A stretch of 64,000 nucleotides of DNA from Octopus vulgaris. Taxonomy: Eukaryota. Shown here piece by piece: positions 51,676-62,900 of the stretch (its first letter is position 1; every line of letters begins with the position of its first letter). The notes beneath the pieces are model-generated. The model did not search any database, was not told where the DNA came from, and worked only from the letters and a program-made list of their open reading frames with translations. A program made the translations under genes and the position numbers. The DNA lies in NCBI GenBank assembly GCA_951406725.2, contig OX597819.1, forward strand, positions 40,300,001 to 40,364,000, read 5' to 3'.

Positions 51676-53286
51676 TCATCATCATCATCATCATCATCAT
51701 TTAGCGTCCGTTCTCCATGCTAGCATGGGTTGGACGGTTCAACTGGGGTCTGTGAAGCTGGAAGGCTTCATCAGGCCCAGTCAGATCTGGCAGTCTTTCT
51801 ACGGCTGGATGCCCTTCCTAACGCCAACCACTCCGTGAGTGTAGTGGGTGCTTTTTACGTGCCACCTGCACAGGTGCCAGACAGAGCTGGCAAACGGCCA
51901 CGAATGGATGGTGCTTTTACGTGTCACCGGCACGGGGCCAGGCGAGGCTGGCAACGGACACGAACGGATGGTGCTTTTACGTGCCACCAACACGGGGGCC
52001 ACACAGAGCTGGCAAACGGCCACGAAACGGATGGTGCTTTTACGTGTCACCGGCACGGGGGCCAGGTGAGGCTGGCAACGGGCACGAACGGATGGTGCTT
52101 TTACATGCCACCGACACGGGGGCCAGACAGGGCTGGCAAACGGCCACGAAAGGATGGTGCTTTTACGTGTCACCGGCACGGGGGCCAGGCGAGGCTGGCA
52201 ACGGACACGAACGGATGGTGCTTTTACATGTCACCGACATGGGGGCCAGACAGGGCTGGCAAACGGCCACGAACAGATGGTGCTTTTACGTGTCACCGGC
52301 ACGGGGGCCAGACAGAGCTGGCAAACGGCCACGAACGGATGATGCTTTTACGTGTCACCGGCACGGGGGCCAGACAGAGCTGACAAACGGCCACGAACGG
52401 ATGGTGCTTTTACGTGTCACCGGCACGGGGGCCAGACAGAGCTGGCAAACGGCCACAAACAGATGGTACTTTTACGTGTCACCGGCACGGGGGCCAGGCC
52501 AGGCTGGCAACGAACACGAACGGATGGTGCTTTACGTGCCACCTACACGGGGGCCAGACAGGGCTGGCGAACGGCTACGAACGGATGGTACTTTTACGTG
52601 TCACCTGCACGGGGGCCCTGATGTTGATCGACCTCAATTTGGTTTGATCTTGATTTTGACTGTTCTCACTGGTCTTGCCGGGTTTTCTCACGCACAGCAT
52701 ACCTCCAAAGGTCTCGGTCACTGGTCATTTCCTTGGTGAGACCTAAAGTTCGAAGGTCGTGCTTCACCGCCTCGACCCAGGTTTTCCTGGGTCTACCTCT
52801 TCCACAGGTCCCCTCAACTGCCAGGGTGTGGCACTTTCACACACAACTATCTTCAGCCATTCTCATCACATGACCATACCAGCGCATACGTCTCTCTTGC
52901 ACACAACAACTGATACTTCTTAGGTTCAACTTTTCTCTCAAGGTACTTACACTCTGTCGATTATGAACACTGACGTTACACATCCATCGGAGCATACTAG
53001 CTTCATTTCTTGCGAGCTTACGCAAATCCTCAGCAGTCACAGCCCAAGTTTCACTACCATGTAGCATGGCTGTACGTACACATGCATCATACAGTCTGCC
53101 TTTTACTTTGAGCGAGAGGCCTTTTGTCACCAGCAGAGGTAAGAGCTCTCTAAACTTTGCCCAGGCTATTCTTACTCTAGCAGTTATACTCTCAGCGCAC
53201 CTGCCCCCGCTACTGACTTGGTCACCTAGGTAACGGAAACTATCAACTACTTCTAGCTTTTCTCCCTGGAAAGTGACGGAAGTTGG
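51676..53286 (-). mobile_element. 5'-truncated RTE LINE with expanded 3' UTR minisatellite
   Basis: FQGEKLEVVDSFRYLG..HGSETW..RWYGHVMRM; (ATG)n tail. Confidence 0.93.
51847..52618. repeat. Minisatellite: 12 full units of 60-63 bp plus a partial unit
   Basis: Anchor ggtgcttttacgtg recurs near 51847, 51910, 51970, 52033, 52094, 52156, 52217, 52279, 52341, 52403, 52465, 52526, 52587. Confidence 0.97.
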
Positions 53287-53333
53287 TATAATGTTTTTTA
53301 TAAAATTATTTTAGCATTTTCTATCTTGACTTT

Positions 53334-53374
<41 letters not shown>

Positions 53375-53556
53375 ATTTTCAAATTTGCCTGCACACCACC
53401 AATGTTACGACAGTTGATGTATCAATTTTCAGTTTTATCCACAGATGATATTAACAGTAGTGGTATCTTATTTCAAATCTTTGTGTTTGAATGCTTTGTT
53501 TATATATATATGTATGAATGTATGTATATGTGTGTGTGTGTATATATATATATGTA

Positions 53557-53606
<50 letters not shown>

Positions 53607-53676
53607 TACATATATATATATATACATACACACACACATATACATACATACATACATACATACATACATACATACA

Positions 53677-53725
<49 letters not shown>

Positions 53726-53727
<2 letters not shown>

Positions 53728-54956
53728 CATCATCATCATCATCATCGTCGTTTAACGTCCGCTTTCCATGCTAGCATGGGTTGGACGGTTCAACTGGGGT
53801 CTGGGGAGCCCGAAGGCTGCACCAGGCCAGTCAGATCTGGCAGTGTTTCTACAGCTGGATGCCCTTCCTAACGCCAACCACTCCGAGAGTGTAGTGGGTG
53901 ATTTTATGTGCCACCGACACAGGTGCCAGACGAGGCTGGCGAACGGCCATGCTCGGATGGTGTTTTTATGTGCCACCGACACAGGTGCCAGACGAGGCTG
54001 GCAGACGGCCACGCTCGGATGGTGTTTTTATGTGCCACCGACACAGGTGCCAGACGAGGCTGGCAGACGGCCACGCTCGGACGGTGTTTGCGGGTGCCAG
54101 ACTGGCTACGGTCCCGTCCCGTCAGATGGTTTTCTTATGTGCCACCGGCACTGGTACCACAAGGATACAAATTCCATTGATGTTCATCTATTTTGATTTG
54201 GTTTGACTTGATTCGATTTGACTTTGATTTGATTTGCCTCAACAGGTCTTCACAAGTGTCACAAGCAGGAAGGTATGCACAGGCGGACTGACTACGTCCC
54301 AGGTAGGGGCCACGGGTTATGGCTTCACTAGTCTTGCCGGGTCTTCTCACGCACAGCATACTTCCATAGGTCTCGGTCTCTGGTCATTTCCATAGTGAGA
54401 CCTAACGTTCGAAAGTCGTGCTTCACCACCTCGTCCCAGGTTTTCCTGGGTCTACCTCTTGCACGGGTTCCCTCAACTGCTAGGGATTGGCACTTTCTCA
54501 CACACCTATCTTCATCCATTCTCGCCACATGACCATACCATCGCAATCATCTCTCTTGCACGCAACAACTGATGCTTCTTAGGTACAACATTTCTCTTAG
54601 GGAACTAACACCCTGTCGAGTAAGTACACTGACATTATACATCCATCGGAGCATACTGGCTTCATTCCTCATGAGCTTACGCATGTCCTCAGCAGTCACG
54701 GCCCATGTTTCACTGCCATGTAAGCATGGCAGTTCGAATACATTCATCATACAGTCTGCCCTTTACTCTGAGCGAGAGGCCTTTAGTCACCAGCAGAGGT
54801 AAGAGCTCCCTAAACTTTGCCCAGGCTATTCTTATTCTAGCAGTTACACTCTCAGCGCACCCACCCCCACTACTGACTTGGTCACCTAGATAACGGAAGC
54901 TATCAACTACTTCTAATTTTTCCCCCTGGAAAGTGACGGAAGTTGTTTTCTGCAGA
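53726..54956 (-). mobile_element. 5'-truncated RTE LINE
   Basis: KTTSVTFQGEKLEVVDSFRYLGDQVSSGGGC..RGRPRKTWDEVVKHD; about 4 UTR units. Confidence 0.93.
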
Positions 54957-54971
54957 TATATATATATACAT

Positions 54972-56208
54972 ATGTGGCAGATGCTCAGGAGCAATAAGCA
55001 CTGAAATTGCGCAGAGAGCAACTTCTGCCACATTCCAGGGAGAAAAACTAGAAATAGTTGATAGCTTCCATTACCTAGGTGACCAAGTCAGTAGCGGGGG
55101 CGGGTGTGTTGAAAGTGTAACTGCTAGAGTAAGAATAGCTTGGGCAAAGTTCAGAGAGCTCTTACCTCTGCTAGGGACAAAAGGCCTCTCGCTCAGAGTA
55201 AAAGGCAGACTGTATGATGCATGTGTATGAACAGCCATGCTACATGGCAGTGAAACATGGGCCGTGACTGCTGAGGATATGCGTAAGCTCGCAAGAAATG
55301 AAGCCAGTATGCTCCGATGGATGTGTAATGTCAGTGTTCATACTCGACAAAGTGTAAGTACCTTGAGAGAGAAGTTGGACCTAAGAAGCATCAGTTGCGG
55401 TGTGCAAGAGAGATGTTTGCGCTGGTATGGCCATATGGCGAGAATGGATGAAGATAGTTGTGTGAAAAAGTGCCACATCCTAGCTGTTGAGGGAACCTGT
55501 GGAAGAGGCAGACCCAGGAAAACCTGGGATGAGGTGGTGAAGCACGACCTTTGAACTTTAGGTCTCACTAGAGACCAAGACCTTTGAAAGTATGCTGTGT
55601 GTGAGAAGACCCGGCAGGACAAGTGAGACCATAACCCATGGCCTCAGTCCACTTATGCATACCTTTCCTTCTTGGGACACAAAACTCTACTTGTGAAGAA
55701 CTGTTGAAGCAAGTGAAAATCAAAATCAAAATCAAAAATCAAAATCGATCAACATGATTGGAAATTGTAGCTGTGATACCAGTGCCGGTGGAACATAAGA
55801 GAACCATCCGAATGTGGCCATTGCCAGCGCTGCCCTGACTGGCTTCCGTGCCGGTGGCACGTAAAAAGCACCATCCAATCGTGGCCGTTGCCAGCCTCGC
55901 CTGACCCCCGTGCCAGTGACACGTAAAAAGCACCATCCGATCGTGGCCGTTTGCCAGCCTTGCCTGGCCTCCGTGCCGGTGGCATGTAAAAAGCACCATC
56001 CAATTGTGGCCGTTTGCCAGCCTCGTCTGGCACCTGTGCCGGTGGCACGTAAAAAGCACCCACTACACTCATGGAGTGGTTGGCGGTAGGAAACATTGCC
56101 AGATCAGACTGGGCCTGGTGCAGCCTTCTGGCTTCCCAGACCCCAGTTGCACCGTCCAACCCATGCCAGCATGGAAAACGAATGCCAAACGATGATGATG
56201 ATGATGAT
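54972..56208 (+). mobile_element. 5'-truncated RTE LINE, head-to-head with the previous copy
   Basis: CGRCSGAI..FQGEKLEIVDSFHYLG..GRGRPRKTW; about 5 UTR units; (GAT)n tail. Confidence 0.93.
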
Positions 56209-56305
56209 ATATATGTATATATATATATATGTATATGTATGTGTGCATGTAGGTATTTATATATATGTACATACACACACACACACATATGTATATATGT
56301 ATTTA

Positions 56306-56366
<61 letters not shown>

Positions 56367-56534
56367 CAAGAGAGTTAGAGGTTGTGAATCCAACCAACTA
56401 AGGGATAATATCTATCCAATGTACCGCTGGTAGAATACCCAGTTACTAATACACAAGTGTTTTTTAATTGCAAGGCAATTACATTACCGAGTGTAATAAA
56501 TGGGTGAGGGTAAAAAGTTATTTTACTCTTAATT

Positions 56535-57376
56535 TATATAGCAATAAGAAAATGGAGGGGATCAAGGAGTTGGTATTCATCAACTTATAGACATTATATT
56601 AAGTCTATTTTTTTTAAAAAAGACAATTATAGCAATATACATACATACTCTTTACTCTCTTTTACTCTTTTACATGTTTCAGTCATTTGACTGTGGCCAT
56701 GCTGGAGCACCGCCTTTAGTCGTGCAAATCGACCCCGGGACTTATTCTTTGTAAGCCCAGTGCTTATTCTATCGGTCTCTTTTGCCGAACCGCTAAGTGA
56801 CGGGGACGTAAACACACAAACATCGGTTGTCAAGCAATGCTAGGGGGACAAACACAGACACACAACACATACACACACATACATATATATATATACATAT
56901 ATATGACAGGCATCTTTCAGTTTCCGTCTACCAAATCCACTCACAAGGCATTGGTCGGCCCGGGGCTATAGTAGAAGACACTTGCCCAAGATGCCACGCA
57001 GTGGGACTGAACCCGGAACCATGTGGTTGGTTAGCAAGCTACTTACCACACAGCCACTCCTGCACCTATGTATAACATATTAATGCTTTACATATGTAAT
57101 ATATATTGTATAATATATAAAATATAAAATATAAAAATACCAGTAATTATTAAAATATATAACGTAGAACAGAAAATTTTAATAATTACTGGCATTTTAT
57201 ATTTTATATTTTATATATTATATAATATATATTATATATGTAAAGCATAATATGTTATACATGTATGTATATGTATATTGCTATAATTGTCTTTTTTTAA
57301 AATATATAAATAGACATAGTATAATGTCTATAAGTTGATGAATACCAACTCTTGAACCCCTCCATTTTCTTATTGC

Positions 57377-57382
<6 letters not shown>
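56535..57382. repeat. Palindrome (about 205-bp arms, about 19-bp spacer) with a SINE inserted in the left arm
   Basis: tatagcaataagaaaatggagggg..taattattaaaat versus attttaataatta..cccctccattttcttattgctata. Confidence 0.95.
56647..57066 (-). mobile_element. SINE family A, full length
   Basis: Consensus match. Confidence 0.92.
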
Positions 57383-57440
<58 letters not shown>

Positions 57441-58019
57441 ATTCATGTTATGCTTAAAAGTGATGCATATTACCAGACTTTTCGACTCAGATCAGAAATT
57501 CTGTTAAAATTCTCGCACCTATACTCCCACCCCCTTTTTTTCCCTTTTATCGCCCTCTCTCTCTCTCTCTCCTTCTCAACCTGTATCCATAACATACTAT
57601 TGTTCCATGACACATAAATCAAGAACCACTGGATTAGGTAATAAAACAGTTGACATGTTGCTACTTGTTTCAGTTGTTCAGATGTTTTATTTCTTTAAAT
57701 ACGATCAACAATATCTGGTGGGGTTAGAGCAGAGATATGAGAAAAGTTCAATGCTACAGTACTAATCCCACAAAATCTCCAAGCTATGAGATAACAGATA
57801 TTTAATTCAAGAGAATATGAATACATAAGCATTACATTTGACAGAATAATCTGAATGCTAAAGAGTTAAAGGATTTAGTCTAGACATGGGTTAATGTTTT
57901 TTGAGAAGCAGGCCACACGAGACATGGTTAATCATTAAGTGAACTACACTGCTAAAAAATTCAAGGTGGTTTCTTTTGTATGCAGAAATTCCCACATGCA
58001 ACATGTTGTTCATGAGTGG

Positions 58020-59346
58020 TTTACTCTTTCACTTGTTTCAGTCATTTGACTGTGGCCATGCTGGAGCACCACCTTTTAGTCGTGCAAATCGACCCCAGGA
58101 CTTATTCTTATGTAAGCCTAGTACTTTTTCTATCGGTCTCTTTTGCCGAACTGCTAAGTTACGGGAACGTAAACACACCAGCATCGGTTGTCAAGTGATG
58201 TTGGGGGGGACAAACACAGACACACAAACATATACACATACACATACATATATGCTTGGGGGACAAACACACAGACGCATATATATACATATATACGACG
58301 GACTTCTTTTCAGTTTCCGTCTACAAAATCCACCCACAAGGCTTTGGTCGGCCCAAGGCAATAGTAGAAGACACTTGCCCAAGGTGCCACGCAGTGGGAC
58401 TGAACCCGGAACCATGTGGTTGGTAAGCAAGCTACTTACCACACCAGTTAAAAAATTCTATCAGAACTTATATTTTAAGTATGGTATTTATTTAATCAGC
58501 CTCTAGTGCCAAACTACTAAATTACAGGGATGAAGACAAACCAACACTGGTTATCAAATAATGAAGGAACAACCACAAACACACATATATATCTTCTCTT
58601 TTTCTTTTTCTTTTTTTTTTTTGTTTCACTCATTAGACTGCAGCAATGATGGGGCGCCACCTGGAAGTATTTTAGTCAAACGAGTCGACCCCAGTCCTTA
58701 TTTTTGTTTTAAGCTAGTTATTTATTCTATCAGTCTGTTTTGCCAAACTGCCAAGATATGGGGACATAAATATACTAACACCAGTTGTTCAGCAATGGTG
58801 GGGACAAACACAGACATAAAGACAATAGCATGCACATATATACACACATTTATACAGTCTACCAAATTTAGTCACAAGGCTATGGTCAGCCTGAGGCTAT
58901 AGAGGAAGACCCTTGCCCAAGATTCCACACAGTGGGACTGAACCCAACACCATGTGGTTTGGAAGCAAACTTCTTACCACACAGCCACACCTGAACCTGT
59001 ACACACACACACATGCACATACACACGATGGGCTTTCACACAGTTTCCTTCTACAAATTCCCTGAAATTACCCCACAAACAAAGCATTAGTTGACTCGGA
59101 GCTATACTCTTTACTCTCTTTTTACTCTTTTACAGGTTTCAGTCATTTGACTGTGGTCATGCTGGAGCACCGCCTTTAGTCGAGTAAATCGACTGCAGGA
59201 CTTATTCTTTGGAAGCCTAGAACTTATTCTATCTGTCTCTTTTGCCGAACCGCTAAGTTACAGGGACATAAACACACCAGCATCGGTTGTCAAGTGATGT
59301 TGGGGGACAAACAAAGACACACAAACATATACATACACATACGTAC

Positions 59347-59383
<37 letters not shown>

Positions 59384-59640
59384 ATGGGCTTCTTTCAGTT
59401 TCTGTCTACCAAATCCACTCACAAGGCTTTGGTTGGCCCGAGGCTATAGTTGAAGATACTTGCCCAAGGTGCCACGCAGTGGGAATGAACCCGGAACCAT
59501 GTGGTTGATAAGCAAGCTACTTACCACACAGCCACTCCTCCACCTATAGTGGAAGACACTTGCCCAAGGTGCTGTACAGTGGGACTGAAACCCAAAATCA
59601 CACAGTTGCAAAGAAAGATTCTGAAATACACATTTCTGTC
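58020..59640 (-). mobile_element. Nested cluster of at least 4 co-oriented family A SINEs
   Basis: Young copies 58020-58445 and 59105-59543 inside or next to older copies. Confidence 0.85.
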
Positions 59641-59859
59641 TGCACTCAAAAAGTTTTCTGTGCTACCCAAACCAAATGAGATGATCTTGCTTTGAAAAAA
59701 ATCTTTGATTGTAGATCGTCTGTTCCCTCAAGGTTGACCTTGGGCCAAAACAGCTGAAATAACGACTACTTCCATAACATGCTTGTAATGGAAATAAGGT
59801 GCTTCTGGATAGAAGCTGCGGATTTGTGTTGCATTTACAAATGCTAGTTCTATTTACAG

Positions 59860-59880
59860 ATAATAGCTGGTTACTAAGAG
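59860..59880 (+). other. Candidate 21-nt microexon (phase 1, xNSWLLR)
   Basis: ttctatttacag acceptor, GAG/gtgagt donor, upstream TGC motifs; only one frame is open. Confidence 0.25.
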
Positions 59881-60158
59881 GTGAGTGCTGAAATGTATAA
59901 ATGTGAGTGTGTGTGTGCGCACGTGCGCGTGCATATGTAAATGATTGCACACCCATATTGTATATATCTAGTTCTCTGATCACAAATTTGATTTCATGAC
60001 ATGTATTGACGTGTTAAGTATAACTAACACATAAATCAATATACACATTAAACAAAGATCAAAGAGTAGTACTCCCACAGCACCTGCAACACATTCATGT
60101 GTGTGTGTGTGTGAATGTGCATGCCTATGTACATGTGTGTATGTGCATACATATGTAC

Positions 60159-60213
<55 letters not shown>

Positions 60214-60297
60214 TAAATATATGTGTATGTACAACCCGTGCTAGCGCGGAAAACAGACGTTAAACGATGATGATGATGATGATGATATATATATATA

Positions 60298-60658
60298 TCA
60301 TCATCATCATCATCATCATCGTTTAACGTCTGTCCTCCATGTTAGCATGGTTTGGATGGTTCGACCGGGATCTGGGAAGGCAGAAGGCTGCACCAGGTTC
60401 CAGCCTGATCTGGCAGTGTTTCTACAGCTGGATGCCCTTCCTAACGCCAACCACTTTGTGAGTGTAGTGGGTGCTTTTTACATGCCACCGGCCCTGGTGC
60501 CAGACGAGGCTGGCAAATGGCCATGATCAGATTGGTGCTTTTTACGTGCCACCGGCCACAGAAGCCAGTCGAGGCGGCGCTGGCATAGGCCATGTTCGGA
60601 TGGTGCTTTTTACATGCCACCGGCACAGGGGTCACAACTACAGTTTCCATAATCAAAT
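60298..60658 (-). mobile_element. RTE 3' UTR/tail, tail-to-tail with a short plus-strand tail at 60233-60286
   Basis: gacgttaaac(gat)n (AT)n (atc)n gtttaacgtc. Confidence 0.88.
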
Positions 60659-60662
60659 CAAC

Positions 60663-60715
<53 letters not shown>

Positions 60716-60802
60716 TAGAGAGGGAGAGAGTAAGGTGGGGTGGAGAGACGGATATATATATAGATATAGATGTAGATATACACAGACATGATAGAAGTAA
60801 AT

Positions 60803-61192
60803 GGATGGGTGGAAGCACTCCGTCGGTTACGACGATGAGGGTTCCGGTTGATCCGAATCAACGGAACAGCCTGCTTGTGAAATTAACGTGTAAGTGGCTG
60901 AGCACTCCACAGACACGTGTACCCTTAATGTAGTTCTCAGGGATATTCAGCGTGACGCAGAGAGTGACAAGGCCGGCCCTTTGAAATACAGGTACAACAG
61001 AAACAGGAAGTAAGAGTGAGAGAAAGTTGTGGTGAAAGAGTACAGCAGGGATTGCCACCATCCCCTGCTGGAGCCTCGTGGAGCTTTAGGTGTTTTCGCT
61101 CAATAAACACTCACAACGCCCGGTCTGGGAATCGAAACCGCGATCCTATGACCGCGAGTCCGCTGCCCTAACCACTGGGCCATTGCGCCTCC
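60803..61192 (-). mobile_element. tRNA-derived SINE family C, tail variant 2, with 10-bp TSD
   Basis: Head ggaggcgcaatggcccagtggttagggcagcggactcgcgg..; TSD agaagtaaat at 60793-60802 and 61193-61202. Confidence 0.92.
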
Positions 61193-61573
61193 AGAAGTAA
61201 ATAGACACCATTATAATCATTAAAATTTATTCAAATCTGAACTTATTCATTCAAATTATTTATTAATTGTTATAATGTGAATATAAAAATATTTTGTAGA
61301 CATGCCCTTTGCATTTTTCAATGCAAGCATCCTATTTGGCATGTTATTGATCAGATGATGAATATTCTCTTGTGGAATTTCTTGTCGAGTTTCATGCAGT
61401 AATCTCAAAAGATCTGGCTCTTTGAAGATGCTTTCTTGTTCTTTTTATGAAGTGTCCTGTCCATTATGTGTCAGAGTTGTTCAACAGTGGTGACTGGCTT
61501 GACCATGGAAGCTTTTTAATGCCATTCTCATCCAACAAATCTTGGGTCATTTTAGCTGTTTGACAAGGAGCAT
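61193..61573 (-). pseudogene. 3' part of the same Tc1-like family as 22144-23250
   Basis: Reverse complement matches 22861-23240 (EIPQENIHHLI..MPNR..KNAKGM). Confidence 0.88.
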
Positions 61574-61726
61574 AGTCTGTCACAAACTGTGCACACAAAA
61601 AGGTCATTGTGATTCACCTTCTTGATTATAACATTTTTCTTCAAATCTCTTTTGAGTCTTGCATGCATTATCCTGGCCTCTTCAAATGTGTGTGTATGTG
61701 TGTGTGTGTAATGGGTTGTTATGTGG

Positions 61727-61796
<70 letters not shown>

Positions 61797-62356
61797 ATGC
61801 ATGTATGTGTGTAATGGGTTACTATGTGGATGATGTTGACTCCTTGAAATAAAGACAGTGTTTGAAGTTATAAACAAATATCTTATTTTAACCATTACAT
61901 GTGATCAATATTTAAACCATGACAGGTAGATGATAATATCGACAATTGAGAGCAGATCTGTATAAAGAGGAGTGTTGTATTTCAGTGTCTGATACTGTAT
62001 GGCCTGTGTTGGTCTTAACAACTCTCAGTACATATTGCAGTCTTTTACTTATTGTTCATGACAGAAGGTTATGGTGGAAGACACTTGTTTAAGATGCTGC
62101 ACAGAGGGATTAAACCTGCTTAAGAAATTGACTAATGCCTATGAATTAAATCTGGTAAACAAAATCTGCATGGGAGGTTACCTTATGTATGTGTGTGTGA
62201 AGGTGCATAGCCTAGACATCTCTCTAGGTGAAGAAAATTCCAAAATAATACCAACTTCATTGCAAAGCCAAGGGTCTTGTGCTTGCGTGTTTCTGAACTA
62301 TTCCACTTTGTTGGTGAGAGTCTTAGCAATGTAATGCAAGCTCTTATTAACTTTAA

Positions 62357-62900
62357 CCCTCTAGCATTCATATTACTCTGAGCACCTTTTCAAACTCCAC
62401 CTGTCTAACACCCGTGGACATATTTACAAAGTCAGAAAACAGCACAGCTCCCATGACTTTCAGAAACATTTTTTCACGTTGAGAGTTGCTTAAGCATGGA
62501 ACAATCTGCCAGCATCAGTTGTTAGTTATCGGAGCACTGCATCCTTCAAAACTTCCATGCTTTCTGAGATTCGCCAACACTACACCTGATTTTCTCCCCT
62601 CCATACACACACAAGCATGTATCTGACTCATACATTGTTCGCTTTCCGGACTTTATACGCACTTTCTGACAAGTTGTGGTGCACCTGAGCACTGTATACA
62701 ATAATTTCATTATTATTATTTAAATGTAATGCTTATTTATTCACATAGCTTTAAATTAATCATGCATTATCTTGTAGCTTTGAGGTTTTCATGATGTGAT
62801 TGTTTATTTTTAGGAGGACATTATAGGGAGGTAGGTGTGAGGGTAGGTGTGAAACAGGTAAAATATTTAGGCCGGATTTGGCAATTTGAATGCTCAAGTG
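62357..62900. mobile_element. piggyBac-like MITE interrupted by a CR1 3' end (62381-62720, +)
   Basis: TTAA-ccctctagcattca .. tgaatgctcaagtg-TTAA; insert encodes TRGHIYKVRKQHSSHDFQKHFFTLRV..WNNLP. Confidence 0.75.

Noticed and set aside
51847-52618. CRISPR-like array
   Set aside because: No unique spacers, units are homologous throughout, no cas genes, and it lies in an RTE 3' UTR of a eukaryote
51730-52739. 217-aa and 272-aa ORFs as genes
   Set aside because: They are antisense translations of the minisatellite
57976-58506. 176-aa ORF resembling recurrent hypothetical proteins
   Set aside because: Antisense read-through of a family A SINE; the same peptides recur at every copy
61115-61192. 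tRNA gene
   Set aside because: tRNA-like head runs directly into a SINE body with a TSD; no convincing acceptor stem or terminator
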